A DNA stretch of 63,237 nt, filler included, from Choristocarpus tenellus KU-1152 (taxonomy: Eukaryota > Protista > Phaeophyceae), in the NCBI GenBank assembly GCA_964200185.2. It is 10 parts of 10 records of this genome, joined end to end, with 100 filler letters (N's around TTAATTAATTAA, not from the genome) between each part and the next. Parts side by side here need not be neighbours in the genome. Positions count along the whole stretch, not along the records: positions 24,537 to 39,323 come from CAXNAD020001114.1; positions 39,424 to 48,409 come from CAXNAD020004121.1; positions 48,510 to 54,993 come from CAXNAD020008036.1; 7 more parts are not named here. One strand, 5' to 3'. Below, one piece after another: positions 38,412 through 50,860 of this stretch. The stretch's first letter is position 1. Each line of letters begins with the position of its first letter. Under the pieces are notes generated by a model. The model saw only the letters and a list, made by a program, of their open reading frames with translations. It ran no database searches and was not told where the DNA came from. The position numbers and the translations under genes are program-made.

Positions 38412-39323
38412 CTGAGTTGTTGGTTAAGCGGGTGCGACAATGACAGTATCCGTCCATACTTGTGTTAATGTATGTGGTGGGGTACGTGAAAGGAAAGGAA
38501 TGGTAAGGGCAAGGCTCAAGTGGTGGGGGTAAGTCTTGTTCAAAGGACACTGCTCTGAATAATAAAATAAAGCAATTGCACAAATGTATGCAAGCGGGAA
38601 ACGTTGCAAACACATATATATTTTAAGCACTTATCAGAAAATACGTAGTTGAAGTACATTGCATATTCAGGAGCATGTGGAACGACTAACAGCAATCAAC
38701 AAAAGCAGCAGTTACTCGGCAAGGATCAGTCCTTTCTATACAGTTAGGTACTCTCTCTCCACCTCACATATCTCAACATCAGTGCATACGACGGCTGTCT
38801 GCAGATATATCTTACATAGGAAGGCACAAAACTAAGAGTCGGTTCCCACTTCACACGATGCATAGGAGGAAACGGTAGGTTATAGTCGAAAGAAGCCTAG
38901 TGCATCAACAGGAGGTGGGTTATTTGCAAAAGGATCCTATGATATTTGTAGGCAGCACGAACTAGCCTCATCCTTCTTCGTATCCTTCAAATTTGAGAGG
39001 CATTGAAACCATTGCACCCGTACCAACACAACTAGTGACTATTAATACTAATAGTGATAATAGTAGTGTTTGTCAGAGCTCTATGATACTTCTTCTAGAG
39101 CTCTACATGTTTGAAGTTCTCAGTCGTACTTGCATATAGGATATCGATAGTCCAAATCAATATTAAATCAGGATACTGTGCCATTGCACCAATGGTCAGA
39201 TGCGGAGAGATTACGTCACGACTACTCGAAGGTAAGAAACACATCGATAGGGAGAGGAATACGTCGATAGGGAGAGGGGTGATGATCGACAGGTTGAAAG
39301 AGACTCAAAGTATCTGGGGGGGG

Positions 39324-39423
39324 NNNNNNNNNNNNNNNNNNNNNNNNNNNNNNNNNNNNNNNNNNNNTTAATTAATTAANNNNNNNNNNNNNNNNNNNNN
39401 NNNNNNNNNNNNNNNNNNNNNNN
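39324..39423. other. Artificial contig linker (preceded by a truncated MITE-2 end at 39302-39323)
   Basis: 44 N + TTAATTAATTAA + 44 N. Confidence 0.98.
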
Positions 39424-39433
39424 GATTCAAGAT

Positions 39434-39611
39434 GTCCCAAAGTATCTGGGAGGGGGGGGAGGTCTACACCAGGTTGTCCATTTGGCCCCAAATGAGGAAA
39501 AGTGCATTTATATTATCCATCCGACATATGCAACTAAATCACCCAAAAATGGTGGCATGAAAAAATGGACCCCAAAAGGACAGCCGCCACCCCCCCCAGA
39601 TACTTTGGATC
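39434..39611. mobile_element. MITE family 2
   Basis: GTCCCAAAGTATCTGGG...CCCAGATACTTTGGATC with AGAT/AGAT 4-bp TSD. Confidence 0.88.
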
Positions 39612-39788
39612 AGATGTTCAAGTTGACCGCAGCACCAGTTGGGCGTCACAAAATTATGTTGGGCAGAGGGTGCCATCACAGGTGTCCCTTTCCAAGTGTT
39701 GAGAAATACTACGTACATTCGTGCTCACAATGACGATGTGGTCATCTGTCCCCCCACCTATTCAAATACTATGTTCACATGCCTTCAG

Positions 39789-42700
39789 ATCGCCAATACT
39801 GTGCATATCCCACTCACAACTTGGCCCTTCCCGTCATGGACGCTCTGGAGGGTGTCACACATGCACTGGCAAACGACAACACCAAGGTTGGACTTGTATA
39901 GAACTTGTGCATATGTTTTGTGTTCGTTCTCTTTAGCTTCTGAGGTTATTACCACCATGTTTTGTCCTTTTCATGAACCATAAAATGCGAATGTCGGTGG
40001 ACGAGGACAGACTTCTCAGATGAAGGAAATCCAAATCCAAACTGTGAAGTACAAGTGCAGTAGTGTTGACAATTTTATCCCCGTGTCATGCACAGAGTAC
40101 GTTGAATTACCCCTACAACTTTATGAAAGTATTCTCTGGAATGCCTAATGTTTCCCGGATGCCATCAAATCAGTAACTAAAAAATCACACCCCCTCCGAA
40201 TCGGTGCCCTCTTGCTCGTATGCGTATCATCTAGTTACACATGTGTACATTTGATGTTATCAGTAATGAGCCACCTCTTCCTTGTGTGCGCGCGTATGTG
40301 CTTGCATGTACGCATACAGGAGTATATGGAGCAGTACCAGTGGGTCAGGATGGTCCTTGGTAAGCCTTTTTGCACTCTGCTCGACTTGAATAATCAATAT
40401 AATATTGGTGTGTGATTGGTTGGCTTCAATTTGTGCATTCATCTACCAATTTGTTACTTGGTTTGTGTCCTACCTGCAAGGCTTGTTTGTGCTACACCCA
40501 CACCATACTCCACAGAAGGATTTTGGGTGCGTACGTTTCATGTATGTATCTTGTGCACGAACCATATATCAGACAACCTGAGCCTATCAACTGTGTCTAC
40601 TCATTTTTCTCTCAGGGTAGGGCACAAAGCAAACAATATTATGGCCCTGGGTATTCAGTCCCACACTGCAACTATTAGTAGGGCAGGCTTATTTCTGAAA
40701 TTTTTGCTATTCTCAAGATGGCGATGGTGATGATTCTTGCTGTCTCTGTCTTCTCCAGGAATATATTCACCTTAAGCAAAGGCCGCAAATATTTCTACAA
40801 TACCATTTCGTATCTCTCTGTACCTGCACCCAGGACGAGGAGGGAGATGATATTATGCTCCTGATGTGCCAACTATTGTGACTGAATCTCTCAACCTTGT
40901 AAAACAATATTCACCTCTGTCCCCACCCCTCCAACCATTGTCCTGTGTGCCCGCATTCCAATTTTCGCGAACTCAACAACTCTCGGTCGAACGTCACTCC
41001 TAGGTCTCTCACCGGTATATATACACTTTTTTGGGCACCTCTCCTTTCCTGGAACTGTACTTGGAGAGCAGAAACTGGGTCACCTGGTCAGGATTGGCCT
41101 AGTGGAGGGATGGGATGATCCCCGACTGCCAACTATAAGAGGAATCATGAGAGCGGTGAGAGGGATATCGATAAGGAATAGGGTTAAGGATATTAGGGAT
41201 ACATTTGAAAATGGTTAAGTAAAATTATGCTCGTGAGGTTGTTAAATCTCTTATTGTCTTTTCTCCTATATCTACATAGCATGCGCTATTAGTACGTTGT
41301 TTGCTGATGTTTTGTAATCCTCCCACACAAGTCGACTATTGTTCGTGACAAAATATATTTCCAAAGTACATCGTTCACGTCCAAGACAGACAAATTTTGA
41401 CAATAAATTTCCAATACTTCGCACAATCAAAGAGTTCTATTTGCCTCGGCACAGCGGATCCTCTTGGTTAGGTGATAGGTAACGTTCGCTACAAAACAAT
41501 GCTTCCACTAACACAACGTTATTTTCCCACTATTCTCATTCTAGAATGACTACATAATGCAAACAAAATGTGTGCTCTTGTCTCTTGAGGTTGATTATAT
41601 ATAATATGCCGCGTTATCTAGTATAGGTTCCAGTATTTCAAAGCAATATCCCATAGAACTCACCCTAACAATTGCAAGGAAACGTTACGGTCAGGATCTC
41701 TATTTTACTTTGAAACTCACATGGTATACTCGTTTGAAAAGTACATTTTCTGTGACCGGTCTTTTTCCAAACCTTAATCCCTCACAGACTCGTACACTCT
41801 GTGATACTTCGGAAAAATGAATTTGCCGTGTGTAGAACGAAGAGTAGAATGAGTTAATCGGATCGAAGAGAGCTGTGGGGCGAGACACCAGTAGTTACAG
41901 TTAGGAAAATTTAAATATGCAAAATATCCTGAGTACTCTGTGTATATAGTACTGGGTATAGTTATGATAATGTTGGTATTTACCTGGGGCTTGCAGGAAA
42001 CCTTGAAGTCTTATATTGTACACATCCCACAAACCTCGACTCGCTCTGCTAGTTGCTAGCGGCTGCAAGTTCTTACATCCTCTTTGTCCTTCAAGAATCA
42101 TAATTTGGGTATATATATTTTTTCGCTCACTCTTTGTCTATGATGTAGAGGACAAAATGCTTCCTTACTTCATTTATAGATCCAGTAAGCTAAGATGTGC
42201 CTCCAGTGGTAGACTGTGGTGATGTTTGATAGCCATTCCTATGTTTCATACAAAACGCTTGGAGCACATGATGCCCAAGATGTATCTATCATGCCATATA
42301 CAACCATGATCGCGTGAGAAATAAAGTATCTCTTTTGATCCCCTCATGTAAAAAAAAAATCTACAAATTACAATTTTCTGTCACTTCTGTGCTTCTCCAC
42401 CTCTCCCTCAATCTCGAGATCGTCCTCTTCTCCTTATCCCAGGGCATGTCACTCGAAACATTGAAGGAGTTCCTAGTGTCTCTAGGGGGTGGGAGTAAGA
42501 TAAATGAGGCACCATGGTCACTGGTGTGGGGAGCAAACCGCAAACACTGGGAGCAAACGGCTCCTAGATACATGGCAATCACCAGGTCTGTGCATTGCTA
42601 TATAAGCTACAGCATTCTATAAGGAGGTGCCGTTGAGCCTAAGGGGCCTCTGTGACTGCCTTCTGGTACATTTCATGTCCTTGCAGCCCTTTGGAGGGCG

Positions 42701-45700
42701 ATTTCGGGCATGCATAGATCATCTTTTCCACCTCTTCTTCAGCCGTAGGCTCCTCATTTTATAACTGCATTTCAGGCATAGGATTGTGTATCAGCCAGAA
42801 GATTTGAAAAGCCCCGCCGTATATTCGAAATGTCCACAGTCGACCCCTCTCTAGAGACCACCATGACTCTGTGTGTGTATGCTTCCCTTCTTCATGAGTG
42901 TATATTATCATTTGTGAGAATATTGTTGTGAAAACCTCAACACCAAGAACAACAGCGCATATATCGTACTTCAAGACAAATGGATTTTGGATAAACATTT
43001 AAATGTACTAGTGTCACGTGGGATACTGGAACGCATTAACCTATTAACCTGACCCTTTTTGTGGTCATAGCCAGGGGTGACACAGAAAATGTGAAATGCT
43101 TCAGAGTTAATTTTTTCTCCCAACACAAAACTGAACTACGGCATGTTCTCCGCACAACTTTCCCCTCCATGAGTATGACCATACTTGTATACACAACCAC
43201 ATATATGTGGATGACTGCCCGCCCCAGCTCCTTCTCCACCTCCAATATTTCGTCCATAGAGAGAGAACGCTCGCCTGACAACTGCTATGGCGGAAATATT
43301 CACTCACAGGGCGAGCAAGGTGGTGATGAGTGTGGCTAACATACCTCCAGGCACCAGCACGGTGGCCATATCGCTTCACCCCCGAAACCCCTCCCTAGGG
43401 GAGAGAGACCTCCACATCTCAGACAGCATAATCATAGAAGGTAGGCGGAGTAGTAGCTGATACTAGAAGCATCAAACGGGTGATATAGTTGATTGCTATG
43501 TGTAATTTTTTTAAATCTATTTGATGAGGACCATGACACCTTCTACTGCTGGTAAAATGGGGCAGGAGACATGGTATGAAAAACAACTTTTTGAGCAATA
43601 GAATTGCGGAATGATACACCAAGCCAATAGGGCAAACTTGGCCCGCAATAGCTCCTACCCCCCAACCTTACGACTTCAAATTATTATGAATTTTTGTAGG
43701 AGCTTTCTTGATACGAAAAACATATTTCAAGTAGGACTCCTGTCATATCTCCCTTGTCCACGCCTTTCTCGAATAACCTATTCTTCGCATCAATTATAAG
43801 AGAAAACCAATGACTTGACGAATACTCACGTTTAGTCCGCGAACAGTTGTGAACAACTTATCCAGCCCTAATGTCCTATCAAGGTACAGAATAGTTGGAT
43901 GATGTATATTTGCATCGACGACCAAGTGGATACTTGGAAGTCATTTGAATGTTGTTGACATACAAAGTCGCTACAGTTTATTGATACAACTACATTATGC
44001 ACTTGGTGAATACTAACGGTGTACTCTCCCAGATATCATATATGTACGATGAATTTCATTAATCAGATGTCTTTTAGGGGATGGAGGATAGTTAATGCAA
44101 GGGTCCTTGGTGTGTTCGCGGAGAAAGTGTCTGATCGTGTGTTTCAACACATACATGCGTATATATTTATATAAAACAAAAGCAGGTATGTGCCTGTGTA
44201 CAAGGGACGACTCTTGCGTACACAATACATCTTAGTTAACCGTTTGTGCTAGTCCGCTCCAACTTCGATTGGTTCTACCCCCCACCTCGTCAAGTGTTCA
44301 CGTTTTGTTTCATCAAGTGTTTCATCCCTTCTTCAAGTAAACTAATGTCACATGCGATCAAAATCTTTTGTGAACATCCTGATTAAGTAAGCGACTTCTG
44401 ACATCGTACACGATATTATCTATCGACCCAAGATGCAGTGCCATAAGATAGACTAACCCTAGTCGTAATTCTATACTGCAGTATTTCGTGATGGAAATAG
44501 GGGGATCCTGGGGGTAATGTTTCCTCTTTATCATCTACAATTCTCCGCATTTCCTTTGATATGCATTGTTTGCGCTTTTATCCCTTAGTCCTCAAGTATA
44601 AAAGTAATGTGATCAAAGCTTCGCTGTGAACGTAGATAGAACATGCACCCCTCTCTGCGTTGAGGTCATCAAAGTGCCCTCCAAGCACGATGATATACGT
44701 TGGACAGGGATTTAGCACAAATCATCTACTGCACACGACCTCAAACGACTATTCAGGGGATGACGCGGACAAGTTGCTAGAGAATGAGGAGATTACTTTG
44801 CTGAGATGGACAAGTGTCAAGATCTCAGCCATTTTAATGGAGGGAGAGGAGGACCTACAGGGTGAAAATCATGTGACCAAGGTCGAGAGGTAACTTGACA
44901 GAGAAAAACACTCTAGGTGAAACTAATGCATACTTGCAAAGCGTTTTAAATGGAAATTGTAGTGAACGGGTGGGGGGGGAGGCAGTGACAGACCGAGGAA
45001 TCAAGCATGTTTGGGAAAAAAACAATTCTCAAGGTTAAAGGTTCTGATGATGAGATGGAATTAGGAACGATGATCCTACTATTCCCATCCCCAAGCACTT
45101 GTGAAATGCAAAGTAGGATTTCAGAAGGTGCTTCACCAAGCAAACCAATGAGATCACGTGTGTCAGAGCGTGACATGAGTTGGAGGGAGCTTGGTGTCTA
45201 GGACTGTGTTCTGGAGAGGGCTATGGTGCTACGGGTTCACAGATCAACTTTCTGGTGTAGTGTGGAGAAATTACATCCACCTTCTTTGTACTTACGGTGA
45301 CAGTAATTTGAGCCTGTGTTAGAATGCTGTTTCTGCCCATTTCACTCCCTATCTATTCCTAATGGAGCACCTGTTGAGGTCTCCCCCTGGCAAGTCCCCT
45401 TCACTCCAGCGTGTTTTCACTCCCCAGGGTCTGATCTCATCTTCATATTTCCAATGACAGTCGCTTAACATTATCTCTTTCCATACTACTGCGTTTGTTG
45501 AGCCTCCTGCAAATCCATGGGATACGGTTAGGAGAGTTCAAACTGCCCACCATAACTTACAAACAATGCTTCCTTTTTCTGTGTAGTTCCTGGGAACATA
45601 CATCGTGACTAATTCTGATGTGTCTAGAAGCAAGCTGGTTCCTTTTACTTTTGGATCTGCCTTGAGCAGAAGATACAATCCACATGAATAATGTTGATTC

Positions 45701-47839
45701 ATATCAACCAATGAGAAAACATGCACTACTTTGGGGGAGATCTATACCATTCGCCCTCAGTGCCATCTTAGTGCCCCTTCAGAGCTTAACTATCAAGTTT
45801 GAGCAAGGCACTCACCTCAACCTTTCCCAATCCCCTGCCATATTGCTAACTAACATTCCACGAATGCTGTCTTCCAATGCTACTCTAGCAACTACCTTCC
45901 AGTATTTGAATTCAAAAAGAAGAAGAAAGCTGTTACTTGGTTGGCCAATCTCTCCAATCTAGTGTCCCTCAAGGTAAGATATCCACCTGGGCAGTCTTTC
46001 TTCTCATGCTTCTTTGCAGAGTGTGCTTAGTACAGCAATGCTTCAGTATGCACCATCAAGAACATTGACTTTCAAGGCATCGCCGATATTTTAACGAATT
46101 TCTGGGTCTCCTCAACATTGTTTAAATTTAAAATATTTTAGCAACTAGAGGAACCACACCAAACCACTCATCCCTAGAGACCAGTCTGACCTCAGCAGTA
46201 ACCCTTGTCAAGGTTTATCGATGCAAGGACTGGAGATATCCCCTTGACTAAAAACACCCAATCCTAATTGTGACTATCGCTTTTGGGCAGCTTGTACATT
46301 ATGGATCACTCCTAACCAAGCCCCGCCTTGAGGAGAGTGACAGTGTCAGCGCGTTTGTCAATCCACAAGTCAAGTGAGTACAAGGGACTCTTACTCTGTG
46401 AACCTCTCAGTATGGGATTGGGGAAATTGGGATCCAAAAGAGTAAGTCAATTAACCTGCTCGGATACATTAAACAAATTGCTGGTACGGATGGACTTGTC
46501 TTATCAAGGTGCAATGAGGCTTCTTGGAAGCTGATTGGACGCAATTTTTGACATGGTGGTCGTACCCGCATATTTTCGTGAAACTGTCCGCTAGATCTCT
46601 GTATGAGATGGAGATATTCGTGTATAGCTCTTTCAACATTGAACTTGCTAGGATCTGCATTGCAAATTTTAGATGCTGAAGATGATCGTGCATTGCAGAA
46701 CGTCCGTTGTAAACCCTTGACATGCCTGAAGAAATGTTCTTATTTGTGTTTCGGCTTGGGTGGTCATGGGCATAGTACAGTTCTATTTTGTCACTATATT
46801 TTTATTTTTGTAGTGATACTGGTCTTAGCAGGTGTCCCCTTTCACGTCAATCACCTGGAACAATTGACTCATCAAGCAGTCGCAAGGTGCATGCACTAGC
46901 CAAGGCCTTCAAGTAAGCTTCCTTACAGCGCCACAATTTGAGTCGCTTCCATCATGCACTCTGATATACACAATATCCCAATCTCACTATTTTTTAAAAT
47001 AATAAACTGAGTTTGACCAGGGGGGATGATTAATTTTGGCTCAGTTGCATCCTCAAAATATATCACTGTCGCCGTAAGTTGTGCTCTGCATATGTCACGA
47101 TTGCTGTGCGTACAAGCATAAACACAGGGTGACTGTTTCATGTGTTTGGCGTGTAACAAAGAGTCGAAACACGCTATTAGTAGTGTTATGATTAGTCACA
47201 TAGTGGAATTGTCGTAATACTCAGCGACAATATAAATGGCTGTGATCGTGGAGACCAAGCCCCTAACAAGATAAATATTTCCATTATTCGATGCCTATAT
47301 ATCCTGCGGGCAGCTCTTGGTGACGCTTCATATTTCGCGAGCTTTCAATATTACTTGGAATGCATGAAAAAAGAGTAGTCAATTCTTCTCCATTGAAATA
47401 TAATCTCTGAAAAGTTTGTAACTATTTTCAGCTGGCATGCCCTAGTTTGCTATGATTGTATCGTGCTGATCCTTTTGCCATGGAATAGACCTTTCCCATT
47501 TGTCGAGAAGAGAGTGCCACAGCAATACCCTGCGACATTGGTAAAGAACAATATTTTCTTGGACTGATTTTTTTGTTCATACAAGGCTCAAACTCACTCT
47601 CGATCTGGACAAGCGTTGCCAACAATTCCATGGTCAAACTAAACGGAGTCTGTGTATATAGTTTGGTACCTTATATTTCTCTTTTGTTTTTATCGCCCTA
47701 AACTCTGTCTCTTTATGTGTTTACAATTGCGTGCGAATTTTGAATATTGCCGACAATATCCTAAAATCTACAAAGGACGGAAACGGAAGCCCTTGGGGAT
47801 CCAGAAATGCGCCATCTCCATATTAACGACGTCATACAG
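39789..47839 (+). CDS. Cytosolic-type glutamyl-tRNA synthetase-like protein with degenerate active site (internal fragment)
   Basis: Exons 39789-39886, 40320-40359, 41004-41155, 42443-42585, 43310-43440, 44757-44889, 45889-45973, 46291-46373 and 47776-47839 are all GT-AG, phase-compatible and stop-free (~309 codons). Motifs AYPT..A.PVMDALEGVTHAL, GLVEGWDDPRLPTIRGIMR, APRYMAI, LHPRNPSLGER, EEITLLRW, VTWLA, LLTKPRLEE...FVNP and GDPEMR....DVIQ follow the eukaryotic GluRS catalytic and beta-barrel anticodon-binding domains in order. Confidence 0.9.
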
Positions 47840-48409
47840 GTAGGATGTGTTCTGTTTGCTGGAATATTATTGAATAGATTTCGAGACGTGTTCTTTCTGT
47901 TGGTTGACATAGTAAGAATTCGGAGTATTGAAATCAGAACTATCCACATTTCCAACAACTCAATATTAGTACAAAAAAGTTACCCTACGCTCGTAATCAT
48001 AAGAATTATAATATTTTTTGAACTAGTCGTAGAGGCGAAACCATACGACGATGTAACTGACATTTGAGAAACGTTGACCTCAACATGTTAACGTTTTGTT
48101 ATGAAAATGTTATGTCGTAGAAAAAGTGGAAAAGTTATTCGCAATAATACGTCGGACAAATCAAATCCGATTTGTGGCGTACAAATCAATTTTCCAATGA
48201 ATCAATAACCGTTAATACCATACATCTCAGCTATGCACGTTGATCGCATCCTCACAAACCAAATTTTTAAGAGTTAACTCTTTCACCTGTGAATTCGAAT
48301 CTTTGTACTCATTCCTATTTCTTTGAGTGATGTGAGACAAATCTTCCCACAACAAGAGGGTCAAAGTATCTGCGGGGGAGGGGGGTGTTGTGAGGGTGCG
48401 CCCGTTTCG

Positions 48410-48509
48410 NNNNNNNNNNNNNNNNNNNNNNNNNNNNNNNNNNNNNNNNNNNNTTAATTAATTAANNNNNNNNNNNNNNNNNNNNNNNNNNNNNNNNNNN
48501 NNNNNNNNN
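48410..48509. other. Artificial contig linker (flanked by truncated MITE-2 ends at 48359-48409 and 48510-48573)
   Basis: 44 N + TTAATTAATTAA + 44 N. Confidence 0.98.
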
Positions 48510-50860
48510 ATCGCGACATGAATAAATTGACCCCAAATGGACAGCCGCCACCCCCTCCCAGATACTTTGAGCCTAACATGCTTCTGTCATGTGTCGAGAT
48601 TGATGATCGTGTGCTCTAATGACAACTAATAGTAACGCTGCCAAGCGTAAAGCACCAGTTCGCAAAGTTTGGTGCATTCAATGTTCTTCATGTACAGCTG
48701 CATATTACGCACACACACATACATACATACATATATACATAATATATATATACTCACAGAAAGAATGGGACATGGTACACGTAAGAAATAATTAGATGAT
48801 ATTTAAGGAATTGCCCAACCTCAAAGTGATTGACGAAAACTTGAAAAAATGAATGGGAAAAGATTACTTGTCACTCACCAGACTCTACCCTCTCCTCCAT
48901 CACCACCACGGTCTGTATGTGCCATGACCCACATGCGTAGACCCTGTGATAATCACCACATTTTCTTATCAAGTACGGGGAGAGAACAAGGCACGACCCT
49001 GTTCTCCCTCTCCGAGCAAGTCATAAAAAAACATATATGCTCGAAGTGTAAGCGAGTGAGGTGAGCCTTCTTCTGAGAGGGGGTGAAGTGGGTGGTGTCC
49101 AAACAAACAAAGAACAATGTACAGGCCATGACAATGCAACGATGAAGAAGGGGCACCTCGCCACTCAGGAAGCAAGACCAACTCCGCCACGTGGTAGCCT
49201 GCAGAGCTGTATTTCTTCACTGGGAGTCAGATCTGTGTTGTTCTGTTCTCAGCCAGCACTCCCTTTTTGTTCTCTCATGAACATCTCCAACCTTACCTTT
49301 AAGTTCAGCCTAATCAATGGTAGTAGTCAGGCACAGTTTTGGTCCCTAAGAATGCGCACTGCTCCCTGTGAGGAAAGATTGCACAACGTCTTCCTGATCC
49401 ATTGCCTTGCCATCAGCATGCCCCATCTTTCATGGTAAACCAAATGAAAACGGTAAGTCTTTTGACCACGCATGAAGGGAATGGAATCAAGACAAACTGA
49501 GGGGTAGGTAGGGCTGCAATTGAAGGATCCCATGAAAGGGTAAAAAGATGCCGTTTTGTACAACTGCAGAAAGAGCCTTTTACTGAATTGTGGTGTCACT
49601 TTGTGTGTGTGGAAAGGGGGGATATCAATTTTGTTTACACCATTGTGCACATAAACCAGCGAAACAGAGTGCACTGCACAGGGCAAGAAAGATTGCTTGG
49701 AATGCAAAAGGGTCCAAACCTGCCAACCTCACCATTGGCTTGACTCTTTACCGGGGAAAAGGAAGACACTCACAAACTAAACACAGCAGCCAATCCAACC
49801 AAAGAGTTCAAATGAATAAGAACGTTTTTCTTATGAGAACAATAAATTTAAAATGGCAAACAAAGTCATACAACAGACCTAATACAGTTGTGGTGGCAAT
49901 ACCAACACCAAAAATGAAGACAGGTGATATTGACTCAGTCCCTTACTAGGATATGTGGCGGGTCATGTATCATCTCTTCAGTGGAGGCAATGCTGCCCTC
50001 TCCCCTCAAATTGTGTAACACTCAAACTCTTTCTTGTCTACAATCCTGGCTCACATTAGCCATGCTCCTTGAAATCTCACCACAACTTAAATGGCAGTAT
50101 GACACCAACCCTCTCTGAAAGTCTCTCGTTACCACTACTTTGCACTTCAGTTCCCCTGTATTGTATGTAACAATATTCCTCCCCAGCTATCTCCTATCCC
50201 TGCGTCTCCTTGTACTGAGCAGCACCAAATGGGGGTGATTCGATAGATTACAACAGACCTCAACTTTGCCACTGTTATCACACAGAAGCACATGGCCAGC
50301 CTAACCCTAACCCTAGACAATATCACGCTAATACCAACAAAACATCAACAATGAACACGCTGCAGGAGGACCTCCGTACAACTCTTTCCCTGTCCAACTG
50401 CCTTTTAATACCACATTCACCCGTGAGCAATCCTTGAGGTCATCTGGTCTATACCCAATCTCTCCTCCTTTCTCTCTGTCCTGTCTAGCACCAGGTCTTA
50501 TCATTCCCCACCCTAAACCACCTCGAAAAACATTCCAAATCTTCACTACATTCCCACATTGTCAGCGTAGAGACGTCATGTAGGTCAGAAAAGACCTGAC
50601 TTACAGAGAGAGCGAGAGAGATAGTCAAAAGAAAAGTGCAAGCCCATAGCAACCCCTCCGTAGCCACACCACCGATATTTTGCCTTGCAAGGTAATACTA
50701 TACACACAATCCCTGGGCATAATGGCTCTCTCTCCCCTCCTCCCCCCAGGCCAACATAGCCTTCAAAGATTTGTAATCCCTTTCTTTTAAAGCCCAAGCG
50801 CGCCCAACACCTCAACGTGGCTGTCTGAAAAATCGTATACAAAGGGTTTGAAGTGAACAT

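Noticed and set aside
38818-38897. Candidate first exon of alkB (ASFDYNLPFPPMHRVKWEPTLSFVPSY)
   Set aside because: It has AG/GT boundaries but no start codon at its 5' end and no resemblance to AlkB TM1, so it is not supportable without transcripts.
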